Shown piece by piece: positions 1-9,062 of a DNA stretch of 64,000 nucleotides; positions within the stretch are counted from its first letter, which is position 1, and the number at the start of each line of letters is the position of its first letter. Below the pieces are notes generated by a model that saw nothing but the letters and a program-made list of their open reading frames with translations, ran no database searches and was not told the origin of the DNA. The position numbers and the translations under genes are program-made. Source of the stretch: Escherichia virus KFS-EC3; sequence record MZ065353.1; one strand, 5' to 3'.

Positions 1-1703
1 ATAAAATTCGTGGGTTTATCGATCTAGTTTTAAGTATGTCTTATTACGCTAAAATGCCTTTTTCTGGTGTAATGAGCCCTATTAAAACTTGGGATGCTAT
101 TATTTTTAACTCACTGAAAGGTGAACATAAGGTTATTCCTCAACAAGGTTCGCATGTTAAACAGAGTTTTCCAGGTGCATTTGTATTTGAACCTAAACCG
201 ATTGCTCGTCGATACATTATGAGTTTTGACTTGACGTCTCTGTATCCTAGCATTATTCGTCAGGTTAACATTAGTCCTGAGACTATTCGTGGGCAGTTTA
301 AAGTTCATCCAATTCATGAATATATCGCAGGAACAGCTCCTAAGCCAAGTGATGAATATTCTTGCTCTCCGAATGGATGGATGTATGATAAGCACCAAGA
401 AGGTATCATTCCAAAGGAAATCGCTAAAGTATTTTTCCAGCGTAAAGATTGGAAAAAGAAAATGTTCGCGGAAGAAATGAATGCCGAAGCTATTAAAAAG
501 ATTATTATGAAAGGTGCAGGGTCTTGCTCAACTAAACCAGAAGTTGAACGATATGTTAAGTTCAGTGATGATTTCTTAAACGAATTATCGAATTACACCG
601 AATCTGTTCTTAATAGTCTGATCGAAGAATGTGAAAAAGCAGCTACACTTGCTAACACAAATCAGCTGAACCGTAAAATTCTTATTAACAGTCTTTATGG
701 TGCTCTTGGTAATATTCATTTCCGTTACTATGATTTGCGAAATGCTACTGCTATCACAATTTTTGGTCAAGTTGGTATTCAGTGGATTGCTCGTAAAATT
801 AATGAATATCTGAATAAAGTATGTGGAACTGATGGTGAAGATTTCATCGCCGCGGGTGATACTGATTCGGTATATGTTTGTGTAGATAAAGTAATTGAAA
901 AAGTAGGTCTTGACCGCTTTAAAGAACAAAATGATTTAGTTGAATTCATGAATCAGTTTGGTAAGAAAAAGATGGAACCTATGATTGATGTTGCATATCG
1001 TGAGTTATGTGATTATATGAATAACCGCGAGCATCTGATGCATATGGACCGTGAAGCTATTTCTTGCCCTCCGCTTGGTTCAAAGGGTGTTGGTGGATTT
1101 TGGAAAGCGAAAAAACGTTATGCTCTGAACGTTTATGATATGGAAGATAAGCGATTTGCCGAACCGCATCTAAAAATCATGGGTATGGAAACTCAGCAGA
1201 GCTCAACACCAAAAGCAGTACAAGAAGCTCTCGAAGAAAGTATTCGTCGTATTCTTCAGGAAGGCGAAGAGTCTGTCCAAGAATACTACAAGAACTTTGA
1301 GAAAGAATATCGTCAACTTGACTATAAAGTTATTGCTGAAGTAAAAACTGCGAACGATATAGCGAAATATGATGATAAAGGTTGGCCAGGATTTAAATGT
1401 CCGTTCCATATTCGTGGTGTGCTAACTTATCGTCGAGCTGTTAGCGGTTTAGGTGTAGCTCCAATTTTGGATGGAAATAAGGTAATGGTTCTTCCATTAC
1501 GTGAAGGAAATCCATTTGGTGACAAGTGCATTGCTTGGCCATCGGGTACGGAACTTCCAAAAGAAATTCGTTCTGACGTACTGTCTTGGATTGACTACTC
1601 AACTTTGTTCCAAAAATCGTTTGTTAAACCGCTTGCGGGCATGTGTGAATCGGCAGGTATGGACTATGAGGAAAAAGCTTCGTTAGACTTCCTGTTTGGC
1701 TGA
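1..1703 (+). CDS. 43: DNA polymerase gp43, C-terminal portion (5' end lies upstream of window)
   Basis: Frame open to window edge; family-B polymerase motifs DLTSLYPSII and AAGDTDSVYV; ends SLDFLFG; synteny 43-imm-42. Confidence 0.95.
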   Translation, partial: KIRGFIDLVLSMSYYAKMPFSGVMSPIKTWDAIIFNSLKGEHKVIPQQGSHVKQSFPGAFVFEPKPIARRYIMSFDLTSLYPSIIRQVNISPETIRGQFKVHPIHEYIAGTAPKPSDEYSCSPNGWMYDKHQEGIIPKEIAKVFFQRKDWKKKMFAEEMNAEAIKKIIMKGAGSCSTKPEVERYVKFSDDFLNELSNYTESVLNSLIEECEKAATLANTNQLNRKILINSLYGALGNIHFRYYDLRNATAITIFGQVGIQWIARKINEYLNKVCGTDGEDFIAAGDTDSVYVCVDKVIEKVGLDRFKEQNDLVEFMNQFGKKKMEPMIDVAYRELCDYMNNREHLMHMDREAISCPPLGSKGVGGFWKAKKRYALNVYDMEDKRFAEPHLKIMGMETQQSSTPKAVQEALEESIRRILQEGEESVQEYYKNFEKEYRQLDYKVIAEVKTANDIAKYDDKGWPGFKCPFHIRGVLTYRRAVSGLGVAPILDGNKVMVLPLREGNPFGDKCIAWPSGTELPKEIRSDVLSWIDYSTLFQKSFVKPLAGMCESAGMDYEEKASLDFLFG

Positions 1704-1716
1704 TAGAATAAATCTA

Positions 1717-1737
1717 GGGACCTCCGGGTCCCTTTTT
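1717..1737 (+). terminator. Rho-independent terminator after gene 43
   Basis: Hairpin GGGACC-TCCG-GGTCCC followed by TTTTT. Confidence 0.65.
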
Positions 1738-1820
1738 CATACAAGTAATATAAATCTATACTTAGGAAAAATAGATGATTCTAGGTCCTATAAATTCATT
1801 AAAAATTTTTTCACAAAACT

Positions 1821-1850
1821 GTTTACATCCCTGTTCTTCCATGGTACTAT
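1821..1850 (+). promoter_or_regulatory. early (sigma70-type) promoter inside PeSL-like cassette
   Basis: TTTACA-N17-TACTAT; same cassette recurs at 29632, 30139, 33441, 50716. Confidence 0.5.
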
Positions 1851-1878
1851 ACAACTATCAACTACGGAGGAACACAAA

Positions 1879-2130
1879 ATGAAAAACATTCAAACTAATT
1901 TTATTCAAAATTTAAAAGTTGTTAATGCAGAAAAAGCTAATAAACTCTTTAAAGTTAAAGAATTCGAAAATGAAGGTAATACTTATGGTATTATAGAACA
2001 AAATGGAATGGTGACTGGATTAGAAATTTATAATGGCAAAGGAAAATTTCAGTCACAGCCAATTTCTGTTATGGGTGTAAGAAAAGGAATTAAAACTGAA
2101 GATGCTTTAAAATTATTTGTTAAGTTTTAA
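1879..2130 (+). CDS. hypothetical protein (83 aa), cassette cargo ORF
   Basis: ATG 7 nt after SD GGAGG in conserved leader; ORF-track frame 1696..2130 trimmed to this ATG. Confidence 0.5.
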   Translation: MKNIQTNFIQNLKVVNAEKANKLFKVKEFENEGNTYGIIEQNGMVTGLEIYNGKGKFQSQPISVMGVRKGIKTEDALKLFVKF

Positions 2131-2142
2131 GAGGAAATTATT

Positions 2143-2523
2143 ATGAAAATCGCTATTTTGGTTATTGCGTTGGGTCTTACTGGTTGTGTAGCTCAAGGAC
2201 CGGTAGTAAATCAATCTGATGTAGGAAAAATTGTAAACTGTTCAAGCAAATTTTATAATCCTAACGTCAAGTGTTATAAAGAAGCTCCAAAACAGACAGT
2301 AGAACAAATGCAGGCGAATTTTGACGAAGCTATTCGTCCAGACGAATCTGCTCAAGCATATCGTAATTCAGATGTAATTACACGTGAAGAAAAAATTGAA
2401 AACTACTGCGCCGAACTTTGGGCTAATTGGGCTAATAATTACCAATGGCGTACTGGTAAAAATGCTCCGATGGAGTATGTAGTGAATTCTTATAATTCAT
2501 GCGTAAAAAATTTGACTAAGTGA
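2143..2523 (+). CDS. predicted lipoprotein (126 aa), imm.1-like position
   Basis: SD GAGGAAATT; N-terminal signal peptide with lipobox LTGC. Confidence 0.6.
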   Translation: MKIAILVIALGLTGCVAQGPVVNQSDVGKIVNCSSKFYNPNVKCYKEAPKQTVEQMQANFDEAIRPDESAQAYRNSDVITREEKIENYCAELWANWANNYQWRTGKNAPMEYVVNSYNSCVKNLTK

Positions 2524-2530
2524 GGAAAAC

Positions 2531-2782
2531 ATGGAAACTTTAGTAGCAGGTTCAATTTTTATGGTTTTAGTTTCAGGCGTGTTGGCTATTATTATATACA
2601 TGCTTCCATGGTTCATCGCCTTGATGCGTGGGTCAAAATCGACAGTAGGAATCTTTTTCACGTCTTTACTGTTTAATTGGTCAATTATTGGTTGGTTTAT
2701 TACATTTATTTGGTCAATTGCGGGTGAAACTAAAAAATCCGCACAACCAAATCAAGTAATTATCATCAGAGAGAAGGAATGA
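2531..2782 (+). CDS. imm: superinfection immunity membrane protein Imm
   Basis: 83 aa, two hydrophobic helices, same length and position as T4 Imm. Confidence 0.85.
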   Translation: METLVAGSIFMVLVSGVLAIIIYMLPWFIALMRGSKSTVGIFFTSLLFNWSIIGWFITFIWSIAGETKKSAQPNQVIIIREKE

Positions 2783-2928
2783 AAAGCAAAATTTTAGCAG
2801 TATTGCTTTTAATCTTGATGATTATAATAAGTATATACTATAGCGTAACGGTTCCTTGTATGATTCCGACACTTATTATAGGTTGGGGTTTATTACTGTT
2901 ACAAGTTAAATATGAATGTATCAATTGA
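2779..2928 (+). CDS. small hydrophobic protein (49 aa)
   Basis: ATG overlaps imm stop (ATGA); single TM-like segment; below ORF-track size cutoff. Confidence 0.3.
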   Translation: MKSKILAVLLLILMIIISIYYSVTVPCMIPTLIIGWGLLLLQVKYECIN

Positions 2929-2935
2929 GGTTTAA

Positions 2936-3676
2936 ATGATTAGTGACTCTATGACAGTTGAAGAAATCCGTCTTCATTTGGGGCTTGCATTAAAGGAAAA
3001 AGATTTCGTAGTTGATAAAACTGGTGTTAAAACTATTGAAATTATTGGTGCATCATTTGTAGCAGATGAACCTTTTATTTTTGGCGCTCTTAATGATGAA
3101 TACATTCAACGTGAACTTGAATGGTATAAGTCTCAAAGTCTGTTTGTTAAAGATATTCCAGGTGAAACACCGAAGATTTGGCAGCAGGTAGCATCTTCTA
3201 AAGGCGAAATTAACTCGAATTATGGTTGGGCCATCTGGTCAGAAGATAACTATGCCCAGTATGATATGTGTTTAGCTGAACTTGGTCAAAATCCTGATTC
3301 TCGACGCGGTATCATGATTTATACTCGTCCATCCATGCAATTTGACTACAATAAAGATGGTATGTCAGATTTCATGTGTACGAATACAGTACAGTACCTG
3401 ATTCGTGATAAGAAAGTCAATGCGGTTGTTAGCATGAGAAGCAATGATTGCTGGGCAGGCTATCGTAATGATTATGCTTGGCAAAAATACGTACTAGATA
3501 AATTAGTATCTGATTTGAATGCAGGCGACCCATCGCGGCAATATAAAGCAGGTTCTATTATATGGAACGTTGGAAGTCTTCATGTGTACGAAAATCAGTT
3601 TTATTTAGTTGACCATTGGTGGAACACCGGTGAGACTCATATTGCTAAAAAGGATTATACTGGAAAATGGAAGTAA
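2936..3676 (+). CDS. 42: dCMP hydroxymethylase
   Basis: 246 aa, near-identical to T4 gp42 as recalled (MISDSMTVEEIRLHLG...). Confidence 0.95.
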   Translation: MISDSMTVEEIRLHLGLALKEKDFVVDKTGVKTIEIIGASFVADEPFIFGALNDEYIQRELEWYKSQSLFVKDIPGETPKIWQQVASSKGEINSNYGWAIWSEDNYAQYDMCLAELGQNPDSRRGIMIYTRPSMQFDYNKDGMSDFMCTNTVQYLIRDKKVNAVVSMRSNDCWAGYRNDYAWQKYVLDKLVSDLNAGDPSRQYKAGSIIWNVGSLHVYENQFYLVDHWWNTGETHIAKKDYTGKWK

Positions 3677-4308
3677 ATGTGCCACATGTTTATAAGTATA
3701 AACATCCTAAAACTAAAAAGTGGTATATAGGAAGTCATGATGGTCACAACCCGAATTATGATGGTTCGGGTGTAGTTTGGCAACATGCTAAAAAGAAATA
3801 TGGAATAAAATCCTTTAATAAAGAAATATTATATGAAGGACCAATGTTTAGACAGGTTGAAGAAATTATTTTAACTTGTTTAGATGCTGCTAATTGTCCG
3901 GATTCATATAATTTAAAGAATGAAGCATGGGGAGGAAGTTTTCCAGGCAAATTAAATGGAATGTACGGTAAAAAACTATCTCCAGAAGAAAGATATAAGT
4001 GCGGAAATGCCTTTCGTGGAATCAAGCGTCCTGATCATTCTAAAAGAATGAAAGGCGAAGGTAATCCAATGTATGGTAAAAATGAGCAGGCATATGGAAT
4101 TATAAATCGAGCCAAGGAAAATTCTGGTAAAACTTATGAAGAAATTTTTGGCGTAGAAAAAGCTAAAATAATTAAAGAAACGATGTCTAAAAATCGTAAA
4201 GGAAAACCTCATAATTTGATAGAAAAAATATGTCCGCATTGCGGACTAAAAGGACGTGGGCCAAATATGACAAGATACCATTTTGACAAATGTAAGGCAC
4301 TTAAATGA
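3667..4308 (+). CDS. GIY-YIG homing endonuclease-like protein (Seg-type) with NUMOD3-like repeats
   Basis: VYKYKHPKTKKWYIGSH...YDGSG motif; repeated G-K/R-x-S/N modules; C-terminal CPHC...C; overlaps 42 stop and downstream start. Confidence 0.75.
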   Translation: MEVNVPHVYKYKHPKTKKWYIGSHDGHNPNYDGSGVVWQHAKKKYGIKSFNKEILYEGPMFRQVEEIILTCLDAANCPDSYNLKNEAWGGSFPGKLNGMYGKKLSPEERYKCGNAFRGIKRPDHSKRMKGEGNPMYGKNEQAYGIINRAKENSGKTYEEIFGVEKAKIIKETMSKNRKGKPHNLIEKICPHCGLKGRGPNMTRYHFDKCKALK

Positions 4309-5147
4309 TTCAATTCGTAATTCCAAGCTATCAACGCGTAGGGGCAGTTTCTGCCCTTGATATGTTTCCGACTGATTATGAACCTCATATTGTAGTACGT
4401 GAACACGAAGAAAAAGCTTATTATGACGCTTACGGGTCTAGGGCTAAAATTATAACTATTCCTGATGATGTCAATGGAATTGCTGGTACTCGTAAAGCAA
4501 TTACTGATATGTATGCAGGTCAACGAATTTGGATGATTGATGATGATACTACTATTCGTATGAGTTCAATGCGAAAGAAAGATGATCGTCGCTGCGTAGA
4601 TAAAATTAATCAGTTAACTCGTGAACAGTTCTATGAATTGATTCAATACGTTGAAGATGCCATGGATTGCGGGTATTATCATGGTCATGCTCGTTTACCA
4701 ATTTTTAAAATTACTTCATCTTGGGGTAATTATCGTGAAAATTCATATGGATTCACGAATACTTGGTATGACCTCGGGAAACTTACAACAGAACAAATTG
4801 GGTATGGAAAAATTGATTTATGCGAAGATATGTATGCATTTCTCAATTTAATTAATCAAGGTTATCCGCATTTGGCCTTGTTCAAATATCTGGTTGTATC
4901 CGGAAAAGCGCAAGCTCCTGGTGGATGTAGTTCAATTCGTAGTAATTCAAAACATAATAGAGCTCTTGAGCAAATCAATAGAGAGTTTCCAGAGCAAGCT
5001 CGTTGGAAAACTTCTAATATTGAAAAACGAAAATCATTAGGTGAAGAAGACGAGCCATTAAAGGTTCTTCGCATGTGTGTTTCGCGCAAAGAAAAATCAG
5101 AAGCGTTTCATAAGTTTAATGCTATTCATCCAATAGCAGTTGATTAA
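4305..5147 (+). CDS. GT-A fold glycosyltransferase, probable DNA (glucosyl-)HMC glucosyltransferase
   Basis: 280 aa; VIPSYQR N-terminus and DxD motif IWMIDDDTTI; occupies T4 beta-gt locus between 42 and uvsX. Confidence 0.6.
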   Translation: MIQFVIPSYQRVGAVSALDMFPTDYEPHIVVREHEEKAYYDAYGSRAKIITIPDDVNGIAGTRKAITDMYAGQRIWMIDDDTTIRMSSMRKKDDRRCVDKINQLTREQFYELIQYVEDAMDCGYYHGHARLPIFKITSSWGNYRENSYGFTNTWYDLGKLTTEQIGYGKIDLCEDMYAFLNLINQGYPHLALFKYLVVSGKAQAPGGCSSIRSNSKHNRALEQINREFPEQARWKTSNIEKRKSLGEEDEPLKVLRMCVSRKEKSEAFHKFNAIHPIAVD

Positions 5148-5224
5148 TGCCTAAATTTATTGTGTTATAATTACTCTATCTTTAACCAGTGAGGAAAATA
5201 TAATGATGCCTATGGAAAAAATGA

Positions 5225-6406
5225 ATGTCTATTGCAGATTTAAAATCCCGTTTGATTAAAGCTTCCACTTCTAAAATGACTGCTGAACTGACTACATCTA
5301 AATTCTTTAATGAAAAGGATGTAATCCGTACAAAAATTCCAATGCTCAATATCGCTATTTCCGGCGCGATTGATGGTGGTATGCAGTCTGGTTTAACCAT
5401 TTTTGCAGGTCCTTCTAAACACTTTAAATCAAATATGTCTTTGACTATGGTTGCGGCGTATTTGAACAAATATCCTGATGCGGTTTGTTTATTCTATGAT
5501 AGCGAATTTGGTATTACTCCAGCTTATTTGCGATCCATGGGAGTTGACCCGGAACGTGTAATTCATACACCAATCCAGTCAGTTGAACAACTGAAAATTG
5601 ATATGGTGAATCAGCTTGAAGCTATTGAGCGCGGTGAAAAAGTTATTGTATTCATCGACTCAATCGGTAATATGGCTTCTAAGAAAGAAACGGAAGATGC
5701 CTTGAATGAAAAATCTGTGGCAGATATGACTCGTGCTAAATCACTGAAGTCATTATTCCGTATTGTTACTCCTTATTTTAGTATTAAAAACATTCCGTGC
5801 GTTGCGGTTAACCATACAATTGAAACAATTGAAATGTTTAGTAAAACCGTGATGACAGGTGGTACAGGCGTAATGTATTCGGCTGATACTGTATTCATTA
5901 TCGGTAAGCGCCAGATTAAAGATGGTTCTGATCTTCAGGGGTATCAATTTGTTCTAAATGTAGAAAAATCTCGTACCGTCAAAGAAAAAAGTAAATTCTT
6001 TATTGATGTTAAATTTGACGGTGGTATCGATCCTTATTCTGGATTGTTAGATATGGCTCTTGAATTAGGATTTGTGGTAAAACCTAAAAATGGCTGGTAT
6101 GCTCGTGAATTTCTTGATGAAGAAACCGGCGAGATGATTCGCGAAGAAAAATCTTGGCGTGCAAAAGATACCAACTGCACTACATTCTGGGGTCCTTTAT
6201 TTAAGCATCAGCCATTCCGAGATGCTATTAAACGCGCTTATCAGTTAGGTGCTATTGATAGTAATGAAATTGTTGAAGCTGAAGTTGATGAATTGATTAA
6301 CTCAAAGGTTGAAAAATTTAAATCTCCAGAAAGTAAAAGTAAATCAGCAGCTGATTTAGAAACTGACCTAGATCAGTTAAGTGATATGGAAGAATTTAAT
6401 GAATAA
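5225..6406 (+). CDS. uvsX: recombinase UvsX (RecA-like)
   Basis: 393 aa; Walker A GPSKHFKS; near-identical to T4 UvsX as recalled. Confidence 0.95.
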   Translation: MSIADLKSRLIKASTSKMTAELTTSKFFNEKDVIRTKIPMLNIAISGAIDGGMQSGLTIFAGPSKHFKSNMSLTMVAAYLNKYPDAVCLFYDSEFGITPAYLRSMGVDPERVIHTPIQSVEQLKIDMVNQLEAIERGEKVIVFIDSIGNMASKKETEDALNEKSVADMTRAKSLKSLFRIVTPYFSIKNIPCVAVNHTIETIEMFSKTVMTGGTGVMYSADTVFIIGKRQIKDGSDLQGYQFVLNVEKSRTVKEKSKFFIDVKFDGGIDPYSGLLDMALELGFVVKPKNGWYAREFLDEETGEMIREEKSWRAKDTNCTTFWGPLFKHQPFRDAIKRAYQLGAIDSNEIVEAEVDELINSKVEKFKSPESKSKSAADLETDLDQLSDMEEFNE

Positions 6407-6743
6407 AGATGATTTAGATTTAGATCTAGAAATTATCGATGAATCCCCCTCTTCGGAGGGGGAAGAAGAAAGAAAAGAACGTCTTTTTAATGAATCTCTT
6501 AAGATAATTAAATCTGCTATGGAAAATGTTATCCAGGAGATTGTCATTAAACTAGAAGACGGTTCTACACACATTGTGTATGTGACAAAATTAGATTGGG
6601 TTGATGGAAAAGTCGTAATGGACTTTGCTGTTCTTGACCAAGAAAGAAAAGCTGAGTTAGCTCCTCATGTAGAAAAATGTATTACAATGCAACTACAAGA
6701 TGCGTTTAATAAAAGGTCAAAGAAAAAATTTAAATTCTTTTAA
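6399..6743 (+). CDS. 40: head vertex assembly chaperone gp40
   Basis: 114 aa from ATG overlapping uvsX stop; position between uvsX and 41. Confidence 0.75.
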   Translation: MNKDDLDLDLEIIDESPSSEGEEERKERLFNESLKIIKSAMENVIQEIVIKLEDGSTHIVYVTKLDWVDGKVVMDFAVLDQERKAELAPHVEKCITMQLQDAFNKRSKKKFKFF

Positions 6744-6752
6744 GGAGTAAGT

Positions 6753-8180
6753 GTGGTAGAAATTATTCTTTCTCATCTCATATTTGATCAAGCTTATTTT
6801 TCAAAAGTTTGGCCATATATGGATTCAGAATATTTTGAAAGTGGTCCAGCTAAAAATACATTCAAATTAATTAAATCTCATGTTAATGAGTACCATAGCG
6901 TTCCATCTATTAATGCGTTAAATGTTGCATTAGAAAATAGTTCATTTACTGAAACAGAATATTCTGGTGTAAAAACACTTATTTCAAAACTGGCCGATTC
7001 TCCGGAAGACCATAGCTGGTTAGTAAAAGAAACAGAAAAATATGTTCAGCAAAGGGCGATGTTTAACGCCACATCTAAAATAATTGAAATTCAAACTAAT
7101 GCTGAGCTTCCTCCGGAAAAACGAAATAAGAAAATGCCAGATGTAGGTGCTATTCCTGACATCATGCGCCAAGCATTATCAATTTCATTTGATAGCTACG
7201 TTGGTCATGATTGGATGGATGACTACGAAGCACGTTGGCTATCTTATATGAATAAAGCTCGTAAGGTTCCATTTAAACTCAAAATTCTAAATAAAATTAC
7301 TAAAGGCGGAGCTGAGACTGGAACACTGAACGTTTTAATGGCTGGTGTTAACGTTGGTAAGTCATTAGGATTGTGTTCATTGGCAGCAGATTATTTGCAG
7401 CTCGGACACAATGTTCTTTACATTTCCATGGAAATGGCAGAAGAAGTCTGTGCTAAACGTATTGATGCTAATATGCTTGACGTTTCTCTTGATGACATTG
7501 ATGATGGGCATATTTCTTACGCTGAATATAAAGGAAAAATGGAAAAATGGCGTGAGAAATCTACTCTTGGACGTTTAATCGTTAAACAGTATCCTACTGG
7601 TGGAGCAGACGCTAATACATTTCGATCGCTTTTAAACGAATTAAAGCTCAAGAAGAATTTTGTTCCAACAATCATTATTGTTGACTATCTAGGTATTTGT
7701 AAATCTTGTCGCATCAGAGTTTATTCAGAAAATAGTTACACAACTGTTAAAGCTATCGCAGAGGAATTGCGTGCTCTGGCTGTTGAAACCGAAACTGTTC
7801 TTTGGACTGCAGCACAGGTTGGTAAACAAGCTTGGGATTCTTCTGATGTTAACATGAGCGATATTGCAGAATCTGCCGGTCTTCCAGCAACAGCCGATTT
7901 TATGCTTGCGGTCATTGAAACCGAGGAGTTAGCAGCTGCTGAACAACAACTCATTAAGCAAATCAAATCACGATACGGTGATAAGAATAAATGGAATAAG
8001 TTTTTGATGGGTGTTCAAAAAGGAAATCAGAAATGGGTAGAAATTGAACAAGATTCTACTCCAACTGAAGTGAACGAAGTAGCAGGTTCACAGCAGATTC
8101 AGGCTGAACAGAATCGCTATCAAAGAAACGAATCCGCTCGAGCTCAGTTAGATGCTTTGGCAAATGAATTAAAATTTTAG
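6753..8180 (+). CDS. 41: replicative DNA helicase gp41 (DnaB family)
   Basis: 475 aa; GTG start; Walker A GVNVGKS. Confidence 0.95.
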   Translation: MVEIILSHLIFDQAYFSKVWPYMDSEYFESGPAKNTFKLIKSHVNEYHSVPSINALNVALENSSFTETEYSGVKTLISKLADSPEDHSWLVKETEKYVQQRAMFNATSKIIEIQTNAELPPEKRNKKMPDVGAIPDIMRQALSISFDSYVGHDWMDDYEARWLSYMNKARKVPFKLKILNKITKGGAETGTLNVLMAGVNVGKSLGLCSLAADYLQLGHNVLYISMEMAEEVCAKRIDANMLDVSLDDIDDGHISYAEYKGKMEKWREKSTLGRLIVKQYPTGGADANTFRSLLNELKLKKNFVPTIIIVDYLGICKSCRIRVYSENSYTTVKAIAEELRALAVETETVLWTAAQVGKQAWDSSDVNMSDIAESAGLPATADFMLAVIETEELAAAEQQLIKQIKSRYGDKNKWNKFLMGVQKGNQKWVEIEQDSTPTEVNEVAGSQQIQAEQNRYQRNESARAQLDALANELKF

Positions 8181-8209
8181 TTTACAAGCCGACAAGACTA
8201 TGGTATAGT
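8180..8209 (+). promoter_or_regulatory. early promoter upstream of dmd
   Basis: TTTACA-N17-TATAGT right after 41 stop; inverted repeat CAAGACTA/TAGTCTTG brackets the -10. Confidence 0.5.
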
Positions 8210-8238
8210 AGTCTTGTTGGTTAAATGAGGAGATTTTT

Positions 8239-8421
8239 ATGGAATTGGTAAAGGTAGTTTTTATGGGGTGGTTTAAGAATGAAAGCATGTTTACTAAAGA
8301 AATCACAATGATGAAAGATGACGTTCAATGGGCTACTACTCAATATGCTGAAGTTAATAAAGCGCTAGTTAAAGCTTTCATTGATGACAAGAAAGTATGC
8401 GAAGTGGATTGCCGAGGATAA
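8239..8421 (+). CDS. dmd: Dmd, antitoxin against RnlA/LsoA
   Basis: 60 aa, matches T4 Dmd (gene 61.5) as recalled; adjacent to 41. Confidence 0.85.
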   Translation: MELVKVVFMGWFKNESMFTKEITMMKDDVQWATTQYAEVNKALVKAFIDDKKVCEVDCRG

Positions 8422-8422
8422 T

Positions 8423-8680
8423 ATGCATATTGTTTTATTTAAACCTACTCCGTATAACGTCAGGAAAAATACTCAATTCAAAGCACTTATCGCAGATACG
8501 TGGGAATTGGTATTAGATATTCCAGCAGAAGAAAGCCCTCCATTTGGTCGAGTGGAATTTATTAAGTTTGCTGTGCGCCCTACAAAGCGGCAGATTCGCC
8601 AATGCAAAAGATACTTTCGTAAAATCGTCAAGTTAGAGAAACAGTTTGTAACATGTGATTATACAGAAGTTTTAAAATAG
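8423..8680 (+). CDS. hypothetical protein, T4 61.4-like (85 aa)
   Basis: ATG after SD GAGGATAAT, 2 nt past dmd stop; position matches T4 61.4. Confidence 0.55.
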   Translation: MHIVLFKPTPYNVRKNTQFKALIADTWELVLDIPAEESPPFGRVEFIKFAVRPTKRQIRQCKRYFRKIVKLEKQFVTCDYTEVLK

Positions 8681-8682
8681 TA

Positions 8683-8712
8683 GTTTACAAGCTGATAGAG
8701 TTGTGTTATAGT
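8683..8712 (+). promoter_or_regulatory. early promoter
   Basis: TAG-TTTACA-N17-TATAGT; inverted repeat GCTGATAGAG/TCTATCAGC around -10. Confidence 0.5.
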
Positions 8713-8743
8713 AATTCTATCAGCTAATCGCGGAGAAAAGAAA

Positions 8744-8998
8744 ATGATGCTAGTTAATAGAGAATATCAGTTTAAATCAGAAGAAGATTTGGAAAAATTC
8801 GCGAGTGGTTGTGAACTGAATAGACGCACAGCTAAAGTCATAGGATTAAAACCCTTTACAGTTCTAGATTGTGAAGTTTCTAAATTCCGCAGAGGGTGTT
8901 CTATTAGCGGTCATGCTCTTGTTGATGGGAACACATTTTTCTTTGTTTTTAGCGTCAGAGAACTTTTATTGATTAACGAACTTGAGGAAATAAAATAG
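8744..8998 (+). CDS. hypothetical protein (84 aa)
   Basis: ORF with SD GGAGAAAAG and its own early promoter. Confidence 0.5.
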   Translation: MMLVNREYQFKSEEDLEKFASGCELNRRTAKVIGLKPFTVLDCEVSKFRRGCSISGHALVDGNTFFFVFSVRELLLINELEEIK

Positions 8999-9062
8999 TT
9001 TACTTTTGTTTTAAACATGTTATTATAGACCTATCAAAACAAACGAGTAAATGGAGAACAAA

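Noticed and set aside
1696-1878. Recurrent peptide CGTIQLSTTEE(Q/H)KMK at the start of ORF-track entries 1696, 29597 and 30062, which looks like a conserved protein N-terminus
   Set aside because: It is the translation of the conserved cassette promoter/leader DNA (GGTACTATACAACTATCAACTACGGAGGAACAGAAAATG). The true start is the ATG after the SD, so the shared peptide is an artefact of upstream ORF extension.
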